From a virus: a stretch of DNA of 64,000 bases. Within the stretch, counting starts at the first letter, position 1, and each line of letters begins with the position of its first letter. Shown in pieces: positions 55,858-64,000 of the stretch. The notes below the pieces were generated by a model that did no database searches, had not been told where the DNA came from, and saw nothing but the letters and a program-made list of their open reading frames with translations. The translations under genes and the position numbers were made by a program. The stretch is from IMG/VR virus record IMGVR_UViG_3300040809_000464, positions 1 to 64,000 of that record; one strand, written 5' to 3'.

Positions 55858-57894
55858 ATGGCTAAGAATCCATTAATAACGTACCCGGGTAAAGTACTTC
55901 CTTCTAGTCCTCAATACCCATATGGGGAACCTCGTAATGTCACTGTAAACGGTGATGGTACAGGTACTCCTTTTGAAGCTGAATACTTGAAAGATATCTA
56001 TGGATGGCAACAAGCTATCTTGGTAGAGGCAAATATTGTACCCAGCAATACTGCCGACACCGCTACTGCTAGTCAATATTTAGAAGGTATTAAAAAATTA
56101 GCTAGGATTGTTAATCTAACCACTAGTGATATCATTACCACTTCTACAGACTACACAGATGGTACTGTATTACAGACTACAGGTTATCACTCTTCTGGTG
56201 ATGGTGGTGAAGGTATGTGGCGTAAAACTGGTAACACAGGAGCGCCCTCTCAAGACCCTGCTGCATTAGGTGAGGCTAAATTCACAGACCTTAGTGGGGA
56301 TGAGTGGGAGCTTGTAAATACAACACTTATTAATGTAGCTAGTCTAGGTGTAAACACTGGTATAGACTCAGCACCTATATTTAATGCGGCATTAACTTCT
56401 GTAGTTGATGGTGGTACAGTATTCAACAAGAGTACTTATGACGTAGAATCTGGCGAGATAACAATTCCCCCTTCTAAGACTCTTATAGTAGATCTAGGTA
56501 AGATTAGGCTTAGAGACGGAAGTGATACACCTCTAATATCAGGTACTAATATATTCACCGTAGTCATAACAGGTAACTTCATAGACGGTAACAAGGCTAA
56601 TCAAACCACTCCTCCAGCGGCTATAGGAGATTATCCTCTTATTAATATCTCTGGAAGCGAGAGGGTTACGGTAAAAGACTGTTATATTAAGAATGCTGCT
56701 GATGTATCTATAGAAGTTAATGATACTAAGCAAGTACGAGTGATAGATAACAATATAAATAACTCACAGTCTCATGGTATCGTAGCTGCTGGTAATAATG
56801 AATTAGTTCTTATCTCTTCTAATACGGTCAAAGGTATTACAGAGGGTGCAGGTATAATCCCTATGGGGAATGCTGTATATACTTCTGTAGTAAATAATAT
56901 TGTTGAAGATGTAGATGGAGATTCTGGTGATGCGATTACTTGTTATAGTGACACTGGCAAGTTTATAACTATCGCAGGTAACGTAGTTAAAGATGTAGAA
57001 GGCCATGGTATTCATACAGGCGGGGAGTACGTAACAGTAACAGGTAACGCTATAGACTCAGTAACAGCTGCTGGCATCTATATAAGATCTCAATCTACAA
57101 CTGCTAACTATGTATCTGTAACTGGTAACACTGTCAATGCAGATACTATAGGTGTAAGTACTTTCGCTAGAGATGGTATCTATATTAATAATGTAGAAAC
57201 CTTTGCAGTCACAGGTAACACTATACATAATGCACAAGACCACGGTATACACTTGAAACAGTGTGCCGGAGGTGTTGTAAACGGGAATAGTGTAACTACA
57301 TCTCTTAACACTGGATTATACTCTGAGATAGATGGTATACGTAATGTGTATTGTAATAATGTGTTTAGAAATATTAATAGTACAGCTATGTTATTCGACC
57401 AAGAAGACCAAGGGAAGATAAATGATAACCTTATAGAATCGTGGTCTGTAGTAGATGCTTCTGGTTATGGTATAGACCTAACTGGTACTCTAATGAGTGT
57501 AGAGAACAATAGTATAAGACGAGGCACAGGTACAGTACCAGCTATCGGAAATTCGGTCTCTGCAACAGTGACTCTCAGTAAGTTCAAGGACAATGTAATC
57601 AGCTCTGGTAGTACTATAAATAAAGGTAGTGTTGCATCTAATACAACTACTAACTTACCGCACGAGTATGATTATATCACCATTTCTGGTACTACTCAGA
57701 TAGATAATATGAATACTGATACTTACGAAGGTAGAGAGGTAACTCTTAGATGTACATCTTCAGGTCTTACAATTAAAGACGGTGTAGGTAATCTAATATT
57801 AAACGGTGATTTTGTAACTTCAGGCTCATCTAGTTTCATAAGGTTATTGTTCTCTGGGGGTTCTTGGTTTGAACTCACTAGAAGTATCAACTAA
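55858..57894 (+). CDS. Tailspike 3 with right-handed beta-helix (putative depolymerase)
   Basis: IDGNKANQ, repeated V.GN.I/V and GI motifs. Confidence 0.85.
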   Translation: MAKNPLITYPGKVLPSSPQYPYGEPRNVTVNGDGTGTPFEAEYLKDIYGWQQAILVEANIVPSNTADTATASQYLEGIKKLARIVNLTTSDIITTSTDYTDGTVLQTTGYHSSGDGGEGMWRKTGNTGAPSQDPAALGEAKFTDLSGDEWELVNTTLINVASLGVNTGIDSAPIFNAALTSVVDGGTVFNKSTYDVESGEITIPPSKTLIVDLGKIRLRDGSDTPLISGTNIFTVVITGNFIDGNKANQTTPPAAIGDYPLINISGSERVTVKDCYIKNAADVSIEVNDTKQVRVIDNNINNSQSHGIVAAGNNELVLISSNTVKGITEGAGIIPMGNAVYTSVVNNIVEDVDGDSGDAITCYSDTGKFITIAGNVVKDVEGHGIHTGGEYVTVTGNAIDSVTAAGIYIRSQSTTANYVSVTGNTVNADTIGVSTFARDGIYINNVETFAVTGNTIHNAQDHGIHLKQCAGGVVNGNSVTTSLNTGLYSEIDGIRNVYCNNVFRNINSTAMLFDQEDQGKINDNLIESWSVVDASGYGIDLTGTLMSVENNSIRRGTGTVPAIGNSVSATVTLSKFKDNVISSGSTINKGSVASNTTTNLPHEYDYITISGTTQIDNMNTDTYEGREVTLRCTSSGLTIKDGVGNLILNGDFVTSGSSSFIRLLFSGGSWFELTRSIN

Positions 57895-57920
57895 ACCCTA
57901 ACGTTCACCTAAAAAACACA

Positions 57921-57959
57921 AAAACCCTCTCAAGAGCAATCCTGAGAGGGTTTTTCTTT
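57921..57959. terminator. Bidirectional intrinsic terminator at operon convergence
   Basis: AAAACCCTCTCA/TGAGAGGGTTTT stem with A and T tracts on both sides. Confidence 0.88.
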
Positions 57960-58009
57960 ATATGCAATACCTACTATGTAACTCTTCTAAGAACCTCTTA
58001 CAAGGCTAT

Positions 58010-58651
58010 CTAGAATGGTGGTTTATCGCCATCGAAGTCATCTTCTGGTTCAGTTACGTTAGAAGGTTGTGCTGTACTCTCTCCTCCAACCACAGTACCA
58101 AAAGCCCCACCACCTGAAGGTTCATACTCGATAAAGTCTGTAACTAAAAGTGAATTAAGTTTAAGAGATAAACCACCGTAGCTATTCTTCTTAGCAATGA
58201 ATGCTACATCAGCTTTACTGCCATTAGCTACTTTCTTTGTCCATGTAATATCCTCGTTAGTACCATCACCATTAGGTAACAACACTTTAGGTCGCCAATC
58301 TTTAGGTACTAGGTCGCCAGCTTTATATTGATTACCCTGTTTATCAGTGAAGTCATTAGAGAATTTCTCATCTAACTTAAACTTATAAACATACTGCTCT
58401 TCTTGCTCAGGGAATGGGATAGCTACTTTCTTATACTTCTCATAATCTTCATTCTCAATCTCACGGCAAGTATTCTTCTTAAAGATTTTCTTCCAAGCTT
58501 TGTGTGTAGTTGCATCCATAGTAACTTCAATACTGTACTCTTTCTCTGTAGTACTTTCATATTTGAACTGCGGGTTGTTCAAACAGTTGTATGTTAATGT
58601 AACACCACGTAAGTAGCTAAAACCCTTTTCATTGTATTCTAATTTACTCAT
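58010..58651 (-). CDS. Single-stranded DNA-binding protein (T7 gp2.5-like)
   Basis: VANGS, L.LNS++V motifs; acidic tail ending in Phe (DDFDGDKPPF); likely ATG 58651. Confidence 0.75.
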   Translation of the reverse strand: MSKLEYNEKGFSYLRGVTLTYNCLNNPQFKYESTTEKEYSIEVTMDATTHKAWKKIFKKNTCREIENEDYEKYKKVAIPFPEQEEQYVYKFKLDEKFSNDFTDKQGNQYKAGDLVPKDWRPKVLLPNGDGTNEDITWTKKVANGSKADVAFIAKKNSYGGLSLKLNSLLVTDFIEYEPSGGGAFGTVVGGESTAQPSNVTEPEDDFDGDKPPF

Positions 58652-58699
58652 AAATATATTTCCTCTTATTTCAACGTTGAATGTCATTCCGACAAAGTT

Positions 58700-58728
58700 A
58701 TTATCTCACAAGAACCTTTATATGTCAA
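58700..58728 (-). promoter_or_regulatory. Sigma70-type promoter
   Basis: TTGACA-17 bp-GATAAT with TG. Confidence 0.7.
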
Positions 58729-58752
58729 CCTCTTATGAGGTATTATTTTAAA

Positions 58753-59022
58753 TTAATTTACTATGTGGTTACGTAACTTAATAGGGTTGGTCTCTACAAA
58801 GTAACTTCCCCAGACTCCTAACAAGTACCCTGCTGCAACTACACAAAGGAAGAGAATCATATTGGTAGCTAGTATCTCTACATACGCCATCTCTTCATAT
58901 TCAAACTCATACATACCCTTAGCTATAACGATAAACACTAAAGAATACACCATCCAGCTCAAACTCTGTAGGAAGTAACCAAACACTCTCTTACCTGTAG
59001 AGGAGGATTTCCTGTTAGTCAT
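58753..59022 (-). CDS. Small two-TM membrane protein
   Basis: Two hydrophobic helices. Confidence 0.6.
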   Translation of the reverse strand: MTNRKSSSTGKRVFGYFLQSLSWMVYSLVFIVIAKGMYEFEYEEMAYVEILATNMILFLCVVAAGYLLGVWGSYFVETNPIKLRNHIVN

Positions 59023-59893
59023 CCTTAAGCTTATCCTCTAAGTCTTTAACCATCAAGGATAACTCTGTAATAGTGTAGATCAGAGTCTTGCACAATGTAT
59101 CATCCTCATCTTCTCCTTCCATATTGCTATCAAAGGACAACCCTTTAAAGACGAACTCCTTAGTGATTTCCCCTGTAATGAAACCATCATAAGCGAACTT
59201 ACCTTGAGTGAACATCTTACCAGCTTCAATCATAGCATGGCATTCTTTACCTTCTACACTATTCTTATCAAGCATCCCTTTAGATTTATCCTCACCTACC
59301 AAGATAATCTTATCACCCCACTCCATCGGTTCGACAAGGCTATTATCAATCAACATACTTGTCATAGTATCGCTAAGGTTATCCACTTGTACCTGCTCAA
59401 TATCTTCCCCTTCTACAACGTCCATACCAATAAGTATATTCTTCATAGTATCAACCTCTTTAGATGAAGCTGAGAAGACGTATAAGCGGTTATCTTTAGG
59501 GTTGAGACATGATAGTACACTCTTGTTAGAATAGTTCGCATCGGGTAATAGAGAAGCTTCTACAGCGTCCATAATATCTTCTTTGGTTTCCTTATCAATA
59601 CTATCTACAGAAGAATACTCACCAGAGTCTACTAAGCTAAGGAACCGTTCATGAGCTACATCTTTAACCTTATCCTTAGAGACTGAACGCTTATGGAAGT
59701 TGACAGAGAACCATAGCTTACCTTCTAGTTGTGTTAAGTATTCGTCCCAAGTATCCTTAATAGGAACCAATCCAATAGATTCCTTATGAGAAGGGATACA
59801 TCTAAAGGCGAATCGTTGCTGTGTATCCTCGTTAAGTAAGTTCTCTAAACGGGTATCTGTTAATTGTAATACTGTTAGGTTTTTTAAATTCAT
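59015..59893 (-). CDS. rdgC: RdgC-like recombination-associated protein
   Basis: KNL.+ start, F..C.....SIG.VP, LLP.A, L.V..ASSK pattern; ~290 aa. Confidence 0.72.
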   Translation of the reverse strand: MNLKNLTVLQLTDTRLENLLNEDTQQRFAFRCIPSHKESIGLVPIKDTWDEYLTQLEGKLWFSVNFHKRSVSKDKVKDVAHERFLSLVDSGEYSSVDSIDKETKEDIMDAVEASLLPDANYSNKSVLSCLNPKDNRLYVFSASSKEVDTMKNILIGMDVVEGEDIEQVQVDNLSDTMTSMLIDNSLVEPMEWGDKIILVGEDKSKGMLDKNSVEGKECHAMIEAGKMFTQGKFAYDGFITGEITKEFVFKGLSFDSNMEGEDEDDTLCKTLIYTITELSLMVKDLEDKLKDD

Positions 59894-59921
59894 TGTTTCT
59901 CCTTCGTGTTGTTTCGTGTGT

Positions 59922-59950
59922 ATTTTAGTTGTATTTGTTATTTATGTCAA
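59922..59950 (-). promoter_or_regulatory. Sigma70-type promoter
   Basis: TTGACA-17 bp-TAAAAT. Confidence 0.7.
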
Positions 59951-60540
59951 GGGTTTCTTTCTAAATACTTTTCAAGTCTCCATTCAGGTAGACCTTTTAG
60001 TTCTTCCGTAACGAACTCCACCCATTCAGGATTACTTCTACCATTGTATACACTTGAGATAGTGGTACGTGCAAAACCTAAGATATCTGCTGTTTCCTTC
60101 ACACCTTTACCGAGTAACTTATACACCACTGCTTTAGTTCTATCCTCATCAGTTAACTGTTTAGTCTTCCCACGAGGTTTATTGTTAATCTTACCATCAC
60201 GGACACCTTGAACAGTATTCTCCTTCTGTGTACCCCATGCGAGATTGCTTATGTGGTTATTCTTAGAATTATGATCTAAGTGCATCACTTGAGGTTTGTC
60301 CTCTGGGTTAGGGAGGAATGCTTTAGCTACTAGGCGGTGAACATAGCATCTATCGTATAATCTTTTACCCTTACAATCCTTACCCTTATACATCTGGACA
60401 TACATATAACCTGAACCATTATCACCCGGCTTCATTACCTTTTCTTTCCACAGGGAATACACTCTGCCATAATTACTGATCTTATAATTACTGTTTATCT
60501 CTACCGTTTCCCATACTTCATTTTCTAAATTTTCAACCAT
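59947..60540 (-). CDS. NUMOD4-HNH homing endonuclease
   Basis: E.W..+....Y.ISNYGRV, VHRLVA.AF.PNP...V.H.D....NN...NL.W.T..EN; C-terminal HTH. Confidence 0.92.
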   Translation of the reverse strand: MVENLENEVWETVEINSNYKISNYGRVYSLWKEKVMKPGDNGSGYMYVQMYKGKDCKGKRLYDRCYVHRLVAKAFLPNPEDKPQVMHLDHNSKNNHISNLAWGTQKENTVQGVRDGKINNKPRGKTKQLTDEDRTKAVVYKLLGKGVKETADILGFARTTISSVYNGRSNPEWVEFVTEELKGLPEWRLEKYLERNP

Positions 60541-60553
60541 TTCACCACCCCTT

Positions 60554-63247
60554 CTAATGGCATTCTGCCCAATCTCTACCTATTATATAACCTGCTGTTA
60601 ACTCTATATTTAACTTGTAATAGTCTCCAGTTCTTTGAACTGCTTCTGCTGCTAATTGCCCAGCTTTACTGTAAGCCACAAACACACACTTGTCATTAGC
60701 TACAATATCACTCCAGATCTTACTGTTACTTTTAAACTCCGTATCTTTAAACTGTTGTGCTTCCTGTTTAAGTTTCTTAGTATGTAGTTTCTTGTCATCT
60801 TTATCCATATCTTTAAAACCTTCTGGATAATTAAATATCTTGAAAGTGACTTGATCCTTATTTACTTCTAGTTGTGCCTCATCGTGCATCGCTATCATTT
60901 GCTGGCAAAAGTCTTTTTTCTTCCAATCATCTTTAAAGAAATCAACTATTAGGTTATTCTCTCTGAGTAGCTCTTCATGTATTACCATCGCACGTTTAGC
61001 AGCTATAACACCAGCAGACTGAAAAGCAGTGTTTATTACATTACCTTTAGATCTCACAGGTAACTTCCTACCGTCTAACCCTAATAGGAACTTCTTCTGA
61101 CCTTTTGTTTCCCAGTATCTCTGCATATTCTTCTTAAGCTGGTTAAGGGGGAACGCTTGATCCCAGAAAGTATCGAATATTACCTGAGCAGTTGGTAAAT
61201 CACAACCTACGGTCCTTGCCACACGAGGAGGTTGAGCATTATAACTACAGCCATATTTAACACTCTTAGCAGATCCTCTAGGGAAATCAGTACCTAGTAG
61301 GTCAGATATCTTTTCAGCTAATTTAGTATGACAATCATTAGGCTTTTCTAAAGTAAGTGAATTACAATACTCTTTAGTAGGGTCATAGCGCCAACAATAA
61401 TGCGACTCTATCTTAGCTTCTAAACTATCAAAGTCATAACCTATCTGATAATACCCTTCACCAGCACCAAATAGTGACCTCATATTACTACCATACAGAG
61501 AAGTTACCCTAGGTATGTTAGCTACAACCCTGTGTTTCATCCTAGAAGTAGCTGCATCACAAGTACCTGCTGGTGTAGCTATTCTACCATCTTCTCTGAT
61601 ATAAGCCATGTAACCTTTTTCAGCTTCCCCTTCTTCGTCCCATTCAAGACCACCACCTAAGATACTATTACGTCTATGCTTGTAAGTCATATACTCTACG
61701 ATATTTCTAGCGTAGGGGAACTTATCAGATAACTTATCAAGATTAGGACATATCTCTTTTTCTTGACCCTTAGTAAAGTTTGGATTTGTAGGTACTTTAC
61801 ACATACCACCGTCTTTAGTACGTAAAAGCTTAGCCTTCAACCTTGTACGTGTTGTCTCTAGGAGGTCTAACCTTTCTTTACAAAGTGGTGAATTCAATGT
61901 TTCTTCTACATACTTATCTACAGCTTCTTCAAACTCTTGTCTAGTTCTTTTAATCTTAGCTGTTTTAGTTTTTCTTTCATACAGATCCTTCTCTTTGAAT
62001 TCACTAGGGACCCAACCAAACTCCTCAACAAGCCATCCTTTTATATGGGTAGAGTCATTGATAGTTGCAACCATACTGGTCTTTACAGGTTCTAAGTCCA
62101 TTGGTAGTGCATATGTTTTACCATATAAAGTTACTTCTGTATTGGCTTCATTAACACTACCTTCATGTCTATCTAAAAAGTTAACCATATGATTAGATAG
62201 TGTACGTTCTTCTTTTATTACAGTACCTTGTTTAATAGGTAAAGTATATGTCTTACCATATAAGGTACATTTACGGTCATCCAATAACTTCCCATTGTTC
62301 TTGTCAATGAACTTTAACATGATAGCACTTACATCACCACTCTTTTTAAACTGGGTCTTAGGTGGCTCTACTGTAACTACCTTTACCTGATTTACTGGTG
62401 GAGTATGATCAGATAAGAATTTCTTTGTAGCTTTTCTAGGAGGAAGAACTGGCTCTACTGTAACTCTATGCTCTTCCATCATCTTATCTAACTCTTCAAC
62501 AGAATCTTCTGCCAGTTTCCTATTAAAAGCAAAACCTCTATGTTCTTGTCTGGTAACAATATCCGCTACTTTCTTTTCAAGTCTGATCGGGTCATCCCAT
62601 TCCCAGTTACCTTTCTCCTTCTCTAAGTATTTATACACCTTAGTATTTACAAGAACATCCCTGATACAGTAGTACAACATATCTGCTGCAAACTCTTCAA
62701 ACTTCTTTTGTTTGTCCTTGATATAGGGTCTGAAATCTATCTTACGTAAACCCACCTTCTCTGACAAGTTATCAAGACTATGCCCACCAAACCTATCAGG
62801 ATTTAACGTCTTAGACAGTACCATTGTATCAACTATCTCGGTAGGTTTACCACACCAAGAGTCAGGCTCTACTTGATAATCCATACCGTAGTAAAGTTTA
62901 CAAACAAGATGATCATAGTTAATCCCATTGTGAGCCACCACCTTATTTATTTTATTACTTTCAATATAAGATTTAAACTCGTTCAACTGTTTATGTACAT
63001 ACTTGACAGGCTTATAATTCTCCAAGACGTAATCTACATCAATAGATCGACCTTTCTCAGAGTATTTCCTCCCATCAAGTTCATAAGTATCACCATTATA
63101 GAAAGCAATGATCTCTCCAGTCTGGTGGTTCTCTGTAACAATACAATGCATCTTAAAAGAGTTTTTCAACTTGTACGGTGAACTTAGGTAATCAATCGTA
63201 TTATGGTTAAGTAAGTTATTAGCCTCTATATCGAAAGTAATATCCAA
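60554..63247 (-). CDS. polA: DNA polymerase, family A (T7-like) with 3'-5' exonuclease
   Basis: FDIE, HNGINYD, YCIRDV exo motifs; DFDSLE, AKSVKYG, MHDE polymerase motifs. Confidence 0.95.
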   Translation of the reverse strand: MDITFDIEANNLLNHNTIDYLSSPYKLKNSFKMHCIVTENHQTGEIIAFYNGDTYELDGRKYSEKGRSIDVDYVLENYKPVKYVHKQLNEFKSYIESNKINKVVAHNGINYDHLVCKLYYGMDYQVEPDSWCGKPTEIVDTMVLSKTLNPDRFGGHSLDNLSEKVGLRKIDFRPYIKDKQKKFEEFAADMLYYCIRDVLVNTKVYKYLEKEKGNWEWDDPIRLEKKVADIVTRQEHRGFAFNRKLAEDSVEELDKMMEEHRVTVEPVLPPRKATKKFLSDHTPPVNQVKVVTVEPPKTQFKKSGDVSAIMLKFIDKNNGKLLDDRKCTLYGKTYTLPIKQGTVIKEERTLSNHMVNFLDRHEGSVNEANTEVTLYGKTYALPMDLEPVKTSMVATINDSTHIKGWLVEEFGWVPSEFKEKDLYERKTKTAKIKRTRQEFEEAVDKYVEETLNSPLCKERLDLLETTRTRLKAKLLRTKDGGMCKVPTNPNFTKGQEKEICPNLDKLSDKFPYARNIVEYMTYKHRRNSILGGGLEWDEEGEAEKGYMAYIREDGRIATPAGTCDAATSRMKHRVVANIPRVTSLYGSNMRSLFGAGEGYYQIGYDFDSLEAKIESHYCWRYDPTKEYCNSLTLEKPNDCHTKLAEKISDLLGTDFPRGSAKSVKYGCSYNAQPPRVARTVGCDLPTAQVIFDTFWDQAFPLNQLKKNMQRYWETKGQKKFLLGLDGRKLPVRSKGNVINTAFQSAGVIAAKRAMVIHEELLRENNLIVDFFKDDWKKKDFCQQMIAMHDEAQLEVNKDQVTFKIFNYPEGFKDMDKDDKKLHTKKLKQEAQQFKDTEFKSNSKIWSDIVANDKCVFVAYSKAGQLAAEAVQRTGDYYKLNIELTAGYIIGRDWAECH

Positions 63248-63259
63248 AATAAACTCCTA

Positions 63260-64000
63260 TTAAAAATCTTCTATAGTTTCTTCTACAGGTTTACCATTAG
63301 GATACATACTATACCATTCTTGTAGTGTTTGGCAAGAGTCATCTTCAAGGAAACCTTCTGGTGGTTCTACATAATCCCCAGTGTCTACATCATAGAACAT
63401 AGGTATCTTACCAGTGCGTCCATGTTTACGATCATCTAGTAGTACCATATGACTAGTGTTAATCTCTTTCTCAGACAATTCTGGATCTTTATTACGTTCA
63501 ATACCGATTAAATAATACGCGGCTCTCATCATTGCTCTACTGCCTGTAAACTGACTAGATACTACCTTACCACCAAACTCATGAGATGGTCCTTGAGATG
63601 GTGCTTTAAGGTGGCAGAAGCAGTAATAAGTGAAACCTAGATCTTTACTCATCTTACTAATTTCATCTGCAAAGCGCTCTAATTCAGTTGAAGCTTCAGA
63701 GGCAGACATACCAGAAGTTAGCCTCGTAATAGGATCAATAATGATATCTTCAATATGTTCTACCAACACAGCATGACGTATAGCTCCTTTAAGCTCATCC
63801 CAATGACATCGACCATAGTTATTATACATAACCAGTCGTGGACCAATGGTATCAACAGCGTAGTCTAATTCTTCTTGAGTGAAGTATGTATCACGGTACT
63901 TAATATCTTCACCCCAGATATCATGCTCTCTTCCTGCTTCATCTATGAAGAGAATCTTCTCAGGGTTAGAAAAGTCTTTCTTGAAGAACTTACCAGCCAC
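63260..64000 (-). CDS. Primase-helicase, C-terminal DnaB-like domain (partial)
   Basis: IIIDP, FCHL, F.GSRA, IER, DR..G.TG SF4 helicase motifs; ORF continues beyond the window. Confidence 0.88.
   Translation of the reverse strand: MAGKFFKKDFSNPEKILFIDEAGREHDIWGEDIKYRDTYFTQEELDYAVDTIGPRLVMYNNYGRCHWDELKGAIRHAVLVEHIEDIIIDPITRLTSGMSASEASTELERFADEISKMSKDLGFTYYCFCHLKAPSQGPSHEFGGKVVSSQFTGSRAMMRAAYYLIGIERNKDPELSEKEINTSHMVLLDDRKHGRTGKIPMFYDVDTGDYVEPPEGFLEDDSCQTLQEWYSMYPNGKPVEETIEDF

Noticed and set aside
53295-57894. Diversity-generating retroelement or invertase-driven fibre switching
   Set aside because: Repeats are direct N-terminal paralogy without A-specific mismatches; no reverse transcriptase or recombinase seen
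59947-63247. Group I intron or intein in the DNA polymerase associated with the HNH gene
   Set aside because: The polymerase ORF is continuous with motifs A-C and its own stop; the HNH gene is free-standing downstream

Overview
This window is part of an AT-rich lytic myovirus genome with no integrase, CRISPR array or tRNA seen. Its architecture resembles rV5/Felix/ICP1-type phages, and the host is probably a Gammaproteobacterium (RdgC homologue, consensus sigma70 promoters). Layout: 1-10.4 kb (-) nucleotide metabolism, nucleases and small accessory genes; 10.5-18.7 kb (+) sigma70-driven genes including a DNA methyltransferase, a membrane-anchored SNase, a DEDDh exonuclease and a TV-Pol-type family-A polymerase behind an origin-like tract; 18.9-57.9 kb (+) packaging and virion genes (putative TerS, holin, GIY-YIG, TerL with a class 3 intein, portal, S49 protease/scaffold, capsid, an ~8 kb accessory virion block, contractile tail with a -1 frameshifted chaperone, baseplate, three tailspikes); 58-64 kb (-) SSB, RdgC, HNH, DNA polymerase A and a partial primase-helicase. 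Top observation: a 69-aa ORF between terL and portal, with its own perfect sigma70 promoter, is a stand-alone diverged copy of the portal's predicted clip domain (19/38 identical, ungapped) and is followed by a ~320-nt highly structured non-coding region. It is a candidate portal decoy or packaging regulator. All calls come from reading motifs by eye; no searches were run.
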